A stretch of 64,000 bases of DNA from Lingula anatina (Eukaryota; Animalia; Brachiopoda): positions 44,150,401 to 44,214,400 of the forward strand of contig CM120641.1 of assembly GCA_051362555.1 (NCBI GenBank). The letters are read 5' to 3'. Positions 28,801-37,318 of this stretch are shown here, piece after piece (positions within the stretch are counted from its first letter, which is position 1; each line of letters opens with the position of its first letter). The notes beneath the pieces were generated by a model. It was not told where the DNA came from, did no database searches, and worked only from the letters and a program-made list of their open reading frames with translations. Position numbers and translations under genes: made by a program.

Positions 28801-31382
28801 TGGCAGAACAAAACTGACGGCTGCATTATTGATAAGGAGATCAAAGTGTCCTGCCTCCTGGACTGCTTTCCTGGTGGCCTTCCAGTCAGATATGTCAACA
28901 CATACTGTGCGCACTCCTGGAACCTGAAACATAGGAGATACCAAGAATGAATGAACCCATTTCCATGAAACAGAGTCCCTGTTGATATCTGGGTAATCTG
29001 AATGTGCTGTTGACAATAATGCAATACATCACTTAATGGTATTCAGATGCCTGCACAAAAATTGATCAGATATAAGAGTTACTATAAACTCATCATACCA
29101 AGTATTTTATTTATATTAAATAATGATTAAAGCAATAAAAAAGGAGCATATTGTACTTGAAATATGGCAGTAATATGATACATGTACCGGTACATGACAA
29201 TAAGACCTTCCATGTTAGTGATGTTTATCTTGTTTGGCCACAACTGTACATCTCTGACCTCCTCTCTCTCTAGCGTCTAAAAGCAAGGGTGGCTGATAAT
29301 GAAGTAATTACCTCTTCTTTAAGGGAATCCAAATCAGCCTGTGTCCTGCTCAAAGCGCAGACTTCAGCACCACATTTAGCAAGGACTTTCACTAAATCTC
29401 TTCCAAGACCTGAAGAACCAAAACAAAATGGCCATGCAAATTAATTAACACACATATAATGGAGACAAGAGCTGTGAAATCAAAATGAATGAAAGACATT
29501 GATGTAAAGGATGATGCCCAGAGAAAGAATAAATGTTGATATGGAATCTGGTATCTAAAAAGTTCTCATTACCCTTATGAAAATTTCCTATAGGATTTCC
29601 TATAGGATTTCCTATAGGATCCTATAAGATTTCCTATAGGATATCCTATAGGATCCTATAGGAATTCCTATAGGATCCTATAGGAAATTGTCCCTTTTTC
29701 TTATAGGATCCTATAGGAAATCTTATAGGATCCTATAGGAAATCCTATAGGATCCTATAGGAAATCTTATAGGATCCTATAGGAAATCCTATAGGATCCT
29801 ATAGGAAATCTTATAGGATCCTATAGGAAATCCTATAGGATCCTATAGGACATCTTATAGGATCCTATAGGAATTCCTATAGGATCCTATAGGAAATCTT
29901 ATAGGATCCTATAGGAAATCTTATAGGAAATCCTATAGGATCCTATAGGAAATCTTATAGGAACCTATAGAAATTCATATTAACTGCTTTGAATATTTTT
30001 ACAGATTTTTATATATTGTTGGATCTTTGGCAAAATTGGTAATAGGCACTGGTCCCTCAAAACAAAAGAGAATATCATGTTTACATTCTTTATTCAATAT
30101 GTATAAATGTATGTACATATTCCACAGTATGGTATGCAACCAGCTTACTAGAGAACTGTTTTATAGATTTTTGCAAATTTAATGGTGTTGCTACTGCTTT
30201 TTAATTATAAGTTCTATAAGTTATCACAAGTATCCAATATGTCTTGTCAAGCTGTGGCGTCACTGTCTGTTTCTTGTGTGAGTTTGAACTCCTGCCAGAA
30301 TGAGTGGCTAAAACCTCCCTTGGCCAGACCATGTCCATTGTCAGCATACTGCTTTAGTCACTTAATAATTGAAGAATTTCAGACAAAAGTCTTTTGCACA
30401 TTGTTCAACTTTACTGTGATAAGTCTTTTGCACATTGTTCAACTTTACTGTGATGGCCTTCTTAACCTCTGCCTGAGTTGTGTTGAACCATTTGCAGATG
30501 TATTCTGAAAGATAGACATTGTGAATTTCAATTAATTGTACATATCTGCAAAAATGCAAAATGATGAAGGAAAAATTTTCTAATGAGATCAATAATAATC
30601 ATTGCACCAATTCTATTTTGAGCAATTCATAGCCTTTATTAGTTTACTGAATTTTTTTCAAAGACAAGGTATTAAAGCTGGATAATTTGTAAAAAAAAAA
30701 TATATATATATATATAAAGAACATGAACATATTTCATAGGACCAAGTCCACAGGAACAATCAGAAATGCATTTTAAAATGCAGAAATTTGCATTGGAGAA
30801 AACTCTACTCTGGTTAAATATGCATTTGGGCCATTACAGAGCTGCCAGGGCCAAAAAAGTCCCAAAAACTATAAGAAAACTCATTTCCAAGGGTAAACAG
30901 TAATTCCCTATTTTCACCAGTCTTTGCTTGACCCAAATCATCAGTCCAAACCACAAAAAAGCAATCCCCAAGTTAAAATTTATAGCTTTTGTGTAAGCAA
31001 AATGGTCAGATTTTCACAATGCACATTTCATTTCCGTTATGTATAGGTTAGCAAAAAATATTTTTAAACAAACTATGGTGTTTACCTCACATTAAGGGTT
31101 GAAAAGAAACATGTTAATTGTATGTTAATTATTAGCATGGGTCTTCCTCAGTTATATATCATGATGGTCCCTTGGAGGCAGTTGTGGATAACATTAAATA
31201 GATAATTTTTAATAAATCACAAACCAAAAGTTAAATGAAATGTCATTTTTTTTAGATTCAACTGCATTTAAAGAAATATGAACAATTGATCACAGTTTTT
31301 ATCCTATAAGAAATAAAGATCAGCAATGATTGCATTATGAATCCTTTTTTCTTCATTATAATATATAACTTGTTTAATGTAA

Positions 31383-31458
<76 letters not shown>

Positions 31459-33643
31459 GTTTACAAGGTACACTACAAATTAGATCAATTAATTATCTCA
31501 TTTTCAATTTGATTAGATGATCCAATGCATTACTGTAATACATACCTTCCTCAATCCGATTTTTCTACACTCTGTACCCTTCCACTATGCTCCTGAATTT
31601 AAACTGTCTTGATAGCTGTATACTCATTTGCTGCTTGTCTCAAAGCAAACAAAGACTTAGACAGGATACCACACATCTGATAACACCTAATAGGCGGTAA
31701 CTGTTACTAGTGTAACAATAGCTACAGGAGTAGTGACCTAATAATAGGTGCCAGGCTAACAAAAGAAATTCACAGTTGTTGAATATGTGGTTATGGCTGG
31801 TGGAGTAGGGCATTCTCTAGCTAACATCAGTTGACTGTTAAACCTTACAAATGATTGAGCATGGTTTATAATGTATCTTTATATTATTTTAATTTGTCCC
31901 CATTTCCCATCCTTTATGAGGGACATTACTATACCCATAATGTTCACTTATACTTTTACATTATATTTTATATATTAGGCAGGATTGCATTTTCACTTTT
32001 TAAAACAGCCAAGGTCAAGTAAAATCCAATTAGTTAAGGTTGACGTTCAGTGTAATAGAAAAAATATGAAGTAAGTGAATATGATCACACAAAAAGTAAA
32101 AATACATTATATACTGATATTAAAACCAGTTTCATTATTTTTCATTCAACCCGGCTTTATAAAAAATCACTATATGAATTAGCATAGGTTCCTATAGAAA
32201 TTCCTATAAGATTTCGTATAGGATCCTATAGGAATTTTTGTAATGGTCTGAAAATATATTTAAAATTATATACTGATATTTAGACCAGTTTCATTATTTA
32301 TCATATAACCTGGCCTTATAAAAATTTCCTATATGAATTAGCATAGGATTTCCTATACGTTCCTATAGAAATTCCTATTAGATTTCCTATAGGATCCTAT
32401 AGGAATTTTTGTAATGGTATGAACATAAATAAAAAATAAAAATTATATACTAATATTTAGACTAGATTCATTATTTTAATTCAAGCCGCCCTTATAAAAA
32501 TTCCCTGTATGAATTAGCATAGGATTTCCTATAGGTTCCTATAGAAATTCCTATAAGATTTCCTATAGGATCCTATAGGAATTTTTGTAATGGTCTGAAC
32601 ATAAATTAAAAATTAAAATTATATACTGATATTTAGACCAGATTCATTTTTTTTTTCCATTCAACCCGGCCTTATAAAAATTTCCTATATGAATAAGCAT
32701 AGGATTTCCTATAGGTTCCTATAAGATTTCCTATAGGATCCTATAAGATTTCCTATAGGATCCTATAGGATTTCCTATAGGATCCTATTAGATTTCCTAT
32801 AGGATCCTATAAGATTTTCTATAGGATTTCCTATAGGATCCTATAAGATTTCCTATAGGATCCTATAGGAATTATTGTAAAGGTCTGAACATAAATTTTA
32901 AAAAATAATTTCAGCTTCAATGATTTGGTACAAAAACATTCATAATGATAAAATATTTCTCCATAAAAGATTACTTTACAAATGATCAATTTTTCAAGAT
33001 TTCTTTAAAATAGAAATTAAAGAATTTCTATAGAATCCTATAGATGACTATAAGATTGTGCATTATAAACAATAAAAAGCATTTTTGCTTTAACAGTGAT
33101 ATATAATTGACAATTCCACTGATAAAATTGACCTATATCAAATATCTTTTGTTTAGAATGATATTTGTTTATAAGATATGTATTTTTCTCAAGATTTTAA
33201 CTTACAACAATTTCCTATAGGATCCTATAGGAAATCCTATAGGAAAGGTGCCCTATAGGATCCTATAAGATTTCCTAAAGGATCCTATAGGAATCCTATA
33301 GGATCCTATAGGAAATTTTCGTAAGGGTACAGATGCTATTACAGCTGTCCTTTTGCGGTACTGTGACCAGAACTGTCATGCAGCTCTTGTAAATGTTTCA
33401 CTTCAAACAGAATCATCAAGCCAAGGAGAAGCCAAGGCACCCAACGCCTGTGCCCACTAGTCACCAGTGACACTACTCCACCTCTATACCTGTATTTAGC
33501 TTTATCTACGTTTTGCTAACTCGATCTTGAAGTTGATGGCCAATGCAATGATGCATTTGCCTCGTTTTACCCTCATCCTACAAACCTTTCCCAGCCCCTG
33601 TGACGAGTGCCTTCTTCCCATTAAACTGTATTGAAGTGTCCAT
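3405..33643 (-). CDS. DCXR: L-xylulose reductase / D-erythrulose reductase-like short-chain dehydrogenase, 246 aa; exons 33643-33586, 29409-29312, 28923-28769, 28415-28373, 28216-28052, 5996-5876, 3505-3405
   Basis: Seven GT-AG exons total 741 nt in one frame: [42 protein letters not shown]...LINNAA...IVNVSS...[40 protein letters not shown]...[24 protein letters not shown]. The TGxxxGxG, NNAA, catalytic Ser and YxxxK motifs are intact. Confidence 0.93.
3630..3960. repeat. Old, diverged tandem duplication (~190-bp period) in DCXR intron 6
   Basis: ttaaatctggg...gaaatgctaaaaatatgaataaaaca...aaaacctaattactatttcca recurs as ttaaatcctggg...gaaatgctaataagtatgaataaaaca...aaaacttaatcactctttcca. Confidence 0.6.
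6077..6130. repeat. (CA)n/(GA)n microsatellite
   Basis: Read directly from the sequence. Confidence 0.85.
7024..7161. mobile_element. Small non-autonomous DNA transposon with a 10-bp TSD (MULE-like)
   Basis: The direct repeat agatattgtc flanks it at 7014-7023 and 7162-7171. The interior has inverted ~15-bp subrepeats (atagtccgaaggttcattgg vs ggaccaataaacctt / accagtaaacctttggactat). Confidence 0.7.
7845..8144. mobile_element. PIF/Harbinger-like foldback MITE, 300 bp
   Basis: TAA TSD at 7842-7844 and 8145-8147. The TIR ggccgcattcacatcgagttgagccatggctcta matches its reverse complement, and the arms stay complementary for about 135 bp. Confidence 0.9.
10759..10837. repeat. Compound (TC)n(CA)n microsatellite
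   Basis: Read directly from the sequence. Confidence 0.95.
15730..15944. mobile_element. Harbinger/Tourist-like MITE, copy 1 (second copy at 49523-49736)
   Basis: TAA TSD at 15727-15729 and 15945-15947. Imperfect TIR gactgcattcccatagatt / aatctgtgggaatggggtc. Colinear and highly similar to 49523-49736. Confidence 0.88.
16022..20079 (+). CDS. FkbM/Methyltransf_21-family SAM-dependent methyltransferase with an N-terminal hydrophobic anchor; exons 16022-16798 and 19790-20079 (first coding exon not securely placed; candidate 13314-13335); nested antisense in DCXR intron 5
   Basis: Motifs [12 protein letters not shown] and VIAVEP are present, and IIKLDI|EGYE is completed by a phase-1 intron (G|gttggt ... 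ttccag|AG). A strong acceptor sits at 16021. The segment [15 protein letters not shown] is hydrophobic. Stop at 20077-20079. Confidence 0.88.
19632..19681. repeat. Perfect 19-bp inverted repeat with a 12-nt loop
   Basis: tatttgattgttaccaagt (19632-19650) pairs with acttggtaacaatcaaata (19663-19681). Confidence 0.9.
20899..20960. repeat. (CA)n/(GA)n microsatellite
   Basis: Read directly from the sequence. Confidence 0.85.
24493..24664 (+). ncRNA. HDV-like self-cleaving ribozyme in the RTE 5' UTR
   Basis: Nested double-pseudoknot elements occur in the canonical order. P1 is GGGGTGT (24493-24499) with ACACCCT (24623-24629), including a G1.U wobble. P2 is CCTC (24606-24609) with GAGG (24661-24664). 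P3/L3 is tcc-TCCCCGT-ggt. The P1.1 GG is at 24630-24631. P4 is CTAGGTCC-tagc-GGGCCTAG. J4/2 is G-CTAA-C with the candidate catalytic C at 24656. P3 has one mismatch and P2 is short. Confidence 0.75.
24810..27815 (+). CDS. RTE ORF: apurinic-like endonuclease plus reverse transcriptase, ~1001 aa from the first ATG
   Basis: Endonuclease motifs WNVRT, LGISE, YAPT, GDLNA and SDH. RT motifs [33 protein letters not shown] and FTYLGS. RTE-type C-terminus [13 protein letters not shown]...GKRKRGRPK. No frameshift or premature stop. Confidence 0.95.
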   Translation: MTISDESPPPEVRSAKSDALGPKSILRVGAWNVRTMFETSKTAQVINEMKRYRLDILGISECRWIGSGRLTTNDGSLILYSGHESTHSHGVAIILSREKARTLMEWEPISERIVRARFDSKYCKLTIIQCYAPTNDAEADVKDDWYEQLQVAVSRVPQHDLLLVIGDLNAKVGADNSNSERVMGPHGCGVMNENGEHLVDFCMNNRLVIGGTIFPHKTIHKLTWTSPDGTTTNQINHIIINGKWRKSLKDVRVYRGADANSDHFLVASSIRLKLRKVIPQSQQRKRKQLDISKLKCPRTKTAFVLELKNRFSALAGEDRIEAVNVSQKWDTIKSTYCTTAEAVLGFKKKKNKEWLTPETWKLIDERRILKEKLLNTKSPRLVEQDRAAYKSKDKEVKKSARSDKRAFVEKLASEAEQAAAQGDMGTVYKITKQLSGSHNNNHSAPVKDRNGNTLSTEREQAARWVQHFREVLNHPDPSEPANLTPTDGILDINKDPPTREEVRNAIIAMKNGKASGIDNIHAEMLKADVGMATNLLTDLFSTIWEKDTIPDDWTKGLIVKLPKKGNLHECDNWRGITLLSIPSKIFCRVLLKRIDRAIDSRLREEQAGFWKGRGCIDQIFALRNIIEQCLEWNTPLYINFVDFKKAFDSVHRETLWKILLSYGVPPKITTLISVFYNHFQCSVILDNTLTEWFPMDSGLRQGCILSPILFLVTIDWVMRKTTSDKPRGIQWTLLSQLEDLDFADDLALLSSKHSHLQEKTDRLSSFAAQAGLAISTTKTQVMCINNSTTAPITVSGKPLESVDDFTYLGSLISKDNGAQKDIRARLGKAQSSFARLRTIWKSEQYSLHTKVHLYNSNVKSVLLYGSECWRVTKSDMSRVESFHNRCLRRICCIFWPNKISNHDLYILTGSQSIVGQIKRRRFKWLGHVLRMDENRVPKVALRWTPPGKRKRGRPKTTWCRTMMAELREGDLTWGQAQHVARDRAKWKEVTVALCPTRDEEQ
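28500..28671. mobile_element. Degraded Helentron/HINE-like non-autonomous element end
   Basis: The string aaattttcatcaaaatctgtctacagtttt...ttgctaacagtcaaacacaca...cagacaaatggaaccaaaaacaaccttgtttgccagagtaa resembles the microsatellite-plus-hairpin 3' end of HINE/DINE-type elements. Recognition by eye only. Confidence 0.4.
29585..29972. repeat. Tandem array of ~10-22-bp palindromic units (cctataggatcctataggaaat)
   Basis: Read directly from the sequence; forms the left subterminal region of the 29572-33327 element. Confidence 0.95.
31387..31456. repeat. (TA)n microsatellite inside the foldback element
   Basis: Read directly from the sequence. Confidence 0.95.
32100..32890. repeat. Four tandem ~160-270-bp units, each ending in CCTATAGG palindromes
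   Basis: The unit attatatactgatatt..accag.ttcatt...ggc.ttataaaaa...atgaattagcatagg...ggatcctataggaatttttgtaatggtctgaa starts near 32107, 32266, 32442 and 32618. Confidence 0.9.
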
Positions 33644-34138
33644 CCTCGTAGGTGCTGTGTAAACAAACTAAAGTAGGGCTTGCATTCTAACGAGCGAACT
33701 TTACGAAGCCCCTTGTTGTGAGAGATGGCCCGCCTCTACAAACTAACAGGGAGCCCACTAATAGCTACGTTGCCTAAAATAAATTAGAAGAAGTAGAAAT
33801 CTTTGTATATCGAAAGTGAAAATTTGTATAAGTATCTTTTGAGAGATTAATCTTGCCGGGCGAGTACCATGTTAGGCCTTCTGAGCCATACAATGAGATC
33901 CTAAAACGTCTGCATGTTCTAGGGATTTAACCCTCTACATCAGCTGGAAACATACACAGTGATTTTATTGGTCAATTTATCGTTTAATTTAACCAATCAA
34001 ACTAGCAGGTTACAATCTCTTCTCCGTAACAACATGGAGTCTTAAAAATACAAACTAAGTTCGATCTGTAAAAGTTTGAAGAGAAAAAGACCTATTGCTT
34101 TATTTGTTTTCAACTAGTACACCCCGAAAGAACTGAAG
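33644..34138. promoter_or_regulatory. Bidirectional promoter shared by DCXR (-) and the ankyrin-repeat gene (+), including a likely first non-coding exon ending at 34138
   Basis: Head-to-head arrangement, locally CpG-richer sequence, opposed CCAAT boxes (attgg ~33967, ccaat ~33993) and the donor aag|gtagga at 34138/34139. Confidence 0.6.
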
Positions 34139-34620
34139 GTAGGACATGTCAGCATTCCTGTCTCATAGTGACCATTTTGGTTTATACGTACTTGACAAGT
34201 CAGTGTAAAGTATTTAGATTGTTTGCGTTTGGATTCTCGCTTTATCATCTTAGGAATGTTTTTCCCCAATGATGCTGGTTGCTTGAATTAAACAGAAAGC
34301 CACATATCTATCTTGAATTTTTACACTTTCTCGTTTAAACTTGGGTAATTACGTAATATTGCCCATGGTTTAGGGAAAAATATTTTCATGTTTTAGTGAT
34401 GTCATATTTGCCAATTTTTCAAGACAGCCTCTTCAAAAAATGAGACAAAAGTTGATCCAACTTAATTTTGAGACTCTTAATATTGTCACAGGCACAAAAA
34501 ATGTTACACAGTCAATATGGGAGGTGGGCATGAATGCATAGTCAAATTTTTGGTTCACAGATTTTCCCAAGCAGAGAAATCAACTTGTACAATATATGAA
34601 ATATGGTCATACTGTTATTA

Positions 34621-35066
34621 GCGAGCGCAGACGTCCCTAGGTGGCGTTAGTTGTTCTATTTCGCGAAGCGCCATTAAAACTGTCCCCAGAGTATCAGATT
34701 TCAACCCGCTCTTACAATGCACGGCGTGTCTCAACTACTGCATCGGGAACAACCCTACCTTAACACGTGATAGAGAACAGCTGTTACTTCCTTTTGGGTA
34801 TTGTTTTCGCGATCTACGAGAGGTCAGAAGTGAAAATTTTTAAGGGCAAACTTTTAAACTGATTTATTTTTTGAAGTCGGCAAAGGGCGGCAAGACAAAA
34901 TATATGCCATGTAGAAGAACAAGGACTAAGGTTTCTAACCAACATTTCAGATTTTTGGGCAAATTTGGGCAAATATTTTTTTTGTAATTTATTTCAACGC
35001 CCCCCCCCCCCTCTCGCACACGCTTGTTGACCGCAGCCAGTCGAGGTCAATTTTTACTGCGTACGC
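34621..35066. mobile_element. CpG-rich ~450-bp non-autonomous element with a short TIR and TTA TSD
   Basis: tta-GCGAGCGCAG ... CTGCGTACGC-tta, with a subterminal hairpin ttgacc...ggtcaa. CpG-rich compared with the surrounding intron. Confidence 0.55.
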
Positions 35067-35384
35067 TTAACAAAAATTTTACATCGCTTGCATACATCAG
35101 TTAGAAGTGATAATAACAGAGAAAATCCTGATTGTGATGAGTTTGTTGGGAATCATGGTGAAATGCACTAAAAAGTTAAAGCCTGAGTGGACTTTGACAA
35201 GCTACTTTGACATAATTATTTAACTCTGAGCAGGTGTTTTCATCCGTTTTGCGGCATCAATACATTGAATAATCCTGACTCTTCTTCTTGGTTGTCTGGT
35301 TTGGCAAGGAGTTGTAACTTCTTGGGTTTAGCGTCTCTGACTGATTATAAAGGTCTTAATGGGGCCTTGACAGATTTATTATTG

Positions 35385-35415
<31 letters not shown>

Positions 35416-37318
35416 TTGGTGTGTGTGTGTGTGATTTACGTATGCTGTTTACACATCTTTGCCAAAGACTTCAAATGACCTGGAAGGTGTGAATATTAAG
35501 TCCCTTTTGGAAATTTCTATGTACATGTAGGTATTTGTGTGAAGAACTTTAGATTTAAGTATATGTATATAATTATATTTATATCTAGAACTTTAGGAGA
35601 TGGACGTACATCGAAATAAAATTTAAAAAAATTTTTTGAGGAAGCCAACAAGAGACAATAGGTTATCCATTTTTTTTTTTTTTGATTTACTAATGTTGTT
35701 TTTATATATCTCCGTGCCAAAGACTTAAAACAGCTCAAGTTCCCTTTTAAAACTTACTGTCATTTGTATTGATATATTATATTTACTTTTTATATATGTA
35801 GACTTCTGTAGTATAGTTGAACCAACAGCTTTTTAAAACTAAAATAATCAGTTTTGTGGTGCAAGAATTCCCTATAACAGAGGTTAAATCACATTTGTGT
35901 ATTCTTTACTTAAATTGGTAGACAAATTGGAAGCACAAATATTGTTACAGATAATTCTTATACTTTTTCAATATAATCTTGGATCAGAAAACTCTGTTAA
36001 GTCACATGAATTTAAAAAATTAAGTCTATCATTCATACGTGGCAAGTTAATTTTCAATGATATTTAAGCTTTAAAACATTTATGCATTACTAGTAGGTTT
36101 AAATAGTAGTATCACAGGTGCTACATGTATATAGCTTGATTTATTTTCTTTCAAGCTCACCAGATATTGTTTTCTGACATGAAATATATAATTAAATTTT
36201 GGTTTATACTAATATCAAGACAACTGCTGGAGAGAGAGAATTTTATTACAAACTGCCTTATCAGCATTTATAAGCAGGGGTGATGGAAATATGCATGGGG
36301 GTAACATCCTCAGAAGTGGGGGCATTTTTATTTTTTGCAGGAAGTTTATCATAAAAGAAAATTATGTGCCATGTACATACTATACATATGTGTTCGATAC
36401 TAAGGAGTAAGAGTATATATGCAAGAATAACCTTATGATCCCCAGGGTGTGGGTTGTTCCTAAGTTTGAATGATTGTTTTTTTTCACAATGACAATTTGC
36501 CACTTATACTATTGATTTTGTACTAATACTCATATGTAAGACAACTATTCTGCCAAGAGTTTTAGTCTTGTTGATTAATAAAACCTAAGAAATGTGTATT
36601 TTCTAGCATTTACCGTCAAAAAATCCTTCATTTTGCTTAATTCACATGCACATAACTCTGCTTAGGAAAATGCTAGAACCAAAATTTAAACTTTGGGTTA
36701 ATGCCCAACTTCTGTACTTAATGTGTGCCAAATTTCAAATGTCTGTGACAATATTAAGGGGATGAAAAATGATGGGGGCAACTTTTGTCTCATTTTTGAA
36801 AATGGCGCCTGAAAAAAAGAACAAACATGGTGTTACTAAAACTTGAATAACTTTTGATCTAAATGAGATAGATTAAAAATTCAAATTGATTATTCATACT
36901 CAAATGTGTGGCTATCTGTGCACCAAATTTCAAGTCTCTAGCTCACTTAGAAAAATATCATGTGTGCACCCTACTGTTATACAATGTATTGCTAGGTAAT
37001 TTATATTGTTGACCTAACGTTACAAACTGTTACGATTTGTTTATGTTTGTTATCAGATCTTCCACCATATTGTAAACTCAAAAAGAGTTCCCAATATAGG
37101 CAAGAATGTATTACCAAGAATGTTCAACCAAAATGGTCAACATCAGCTTGGAAAAATAGGTCCTAAAGTCAATTATTCTCACATTTAAGTTTCATGTTTG
37201 GTATTTGTTTACTCCCAAAGGTTTAATCTTTCAATTCCATAGAATTGCAATAAATTATTTAACATGGCTTCAAAAAGAAGTCCGCACAAATACAGCTCAG
37301 AAACAGAAAACAACTAAA

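Larger units (their letters stand above)
29572..33327. mobile_element. 3.76-kb non-autonomous TIR DNA transposon (foldback-like, CCC...GGG ends, TA TSD; superfamily uncertain, possibly CMC/EnSpm-like) in DCXR intron 1
   Basis: TA at 29570-29571 and 33328-33329. TIR cccttatgaaaatttcctatagga vs tcctataggaaattttcgtaaggg. Both ends are built from arrays of the palindrome CCTATAGG. No intact transposase is visible. Confidence 0.85.

Noticed and set aside
31258-31473. ORFs with IYIY, HTHT, CVCV or poly-K/F runs (also at 6065, 10687, 20810, 35265, 53097)
   Set aside because: They are translations of microsatellites and homopolymers.
32100-32890. Regularly spaced palindromic repeats resembling a CRISPR array
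   Set aside because: The spacers are themselves homologous, the DNA is eukaryotic and intronic, no cas genes are present, and the array lies inside a TIR element.
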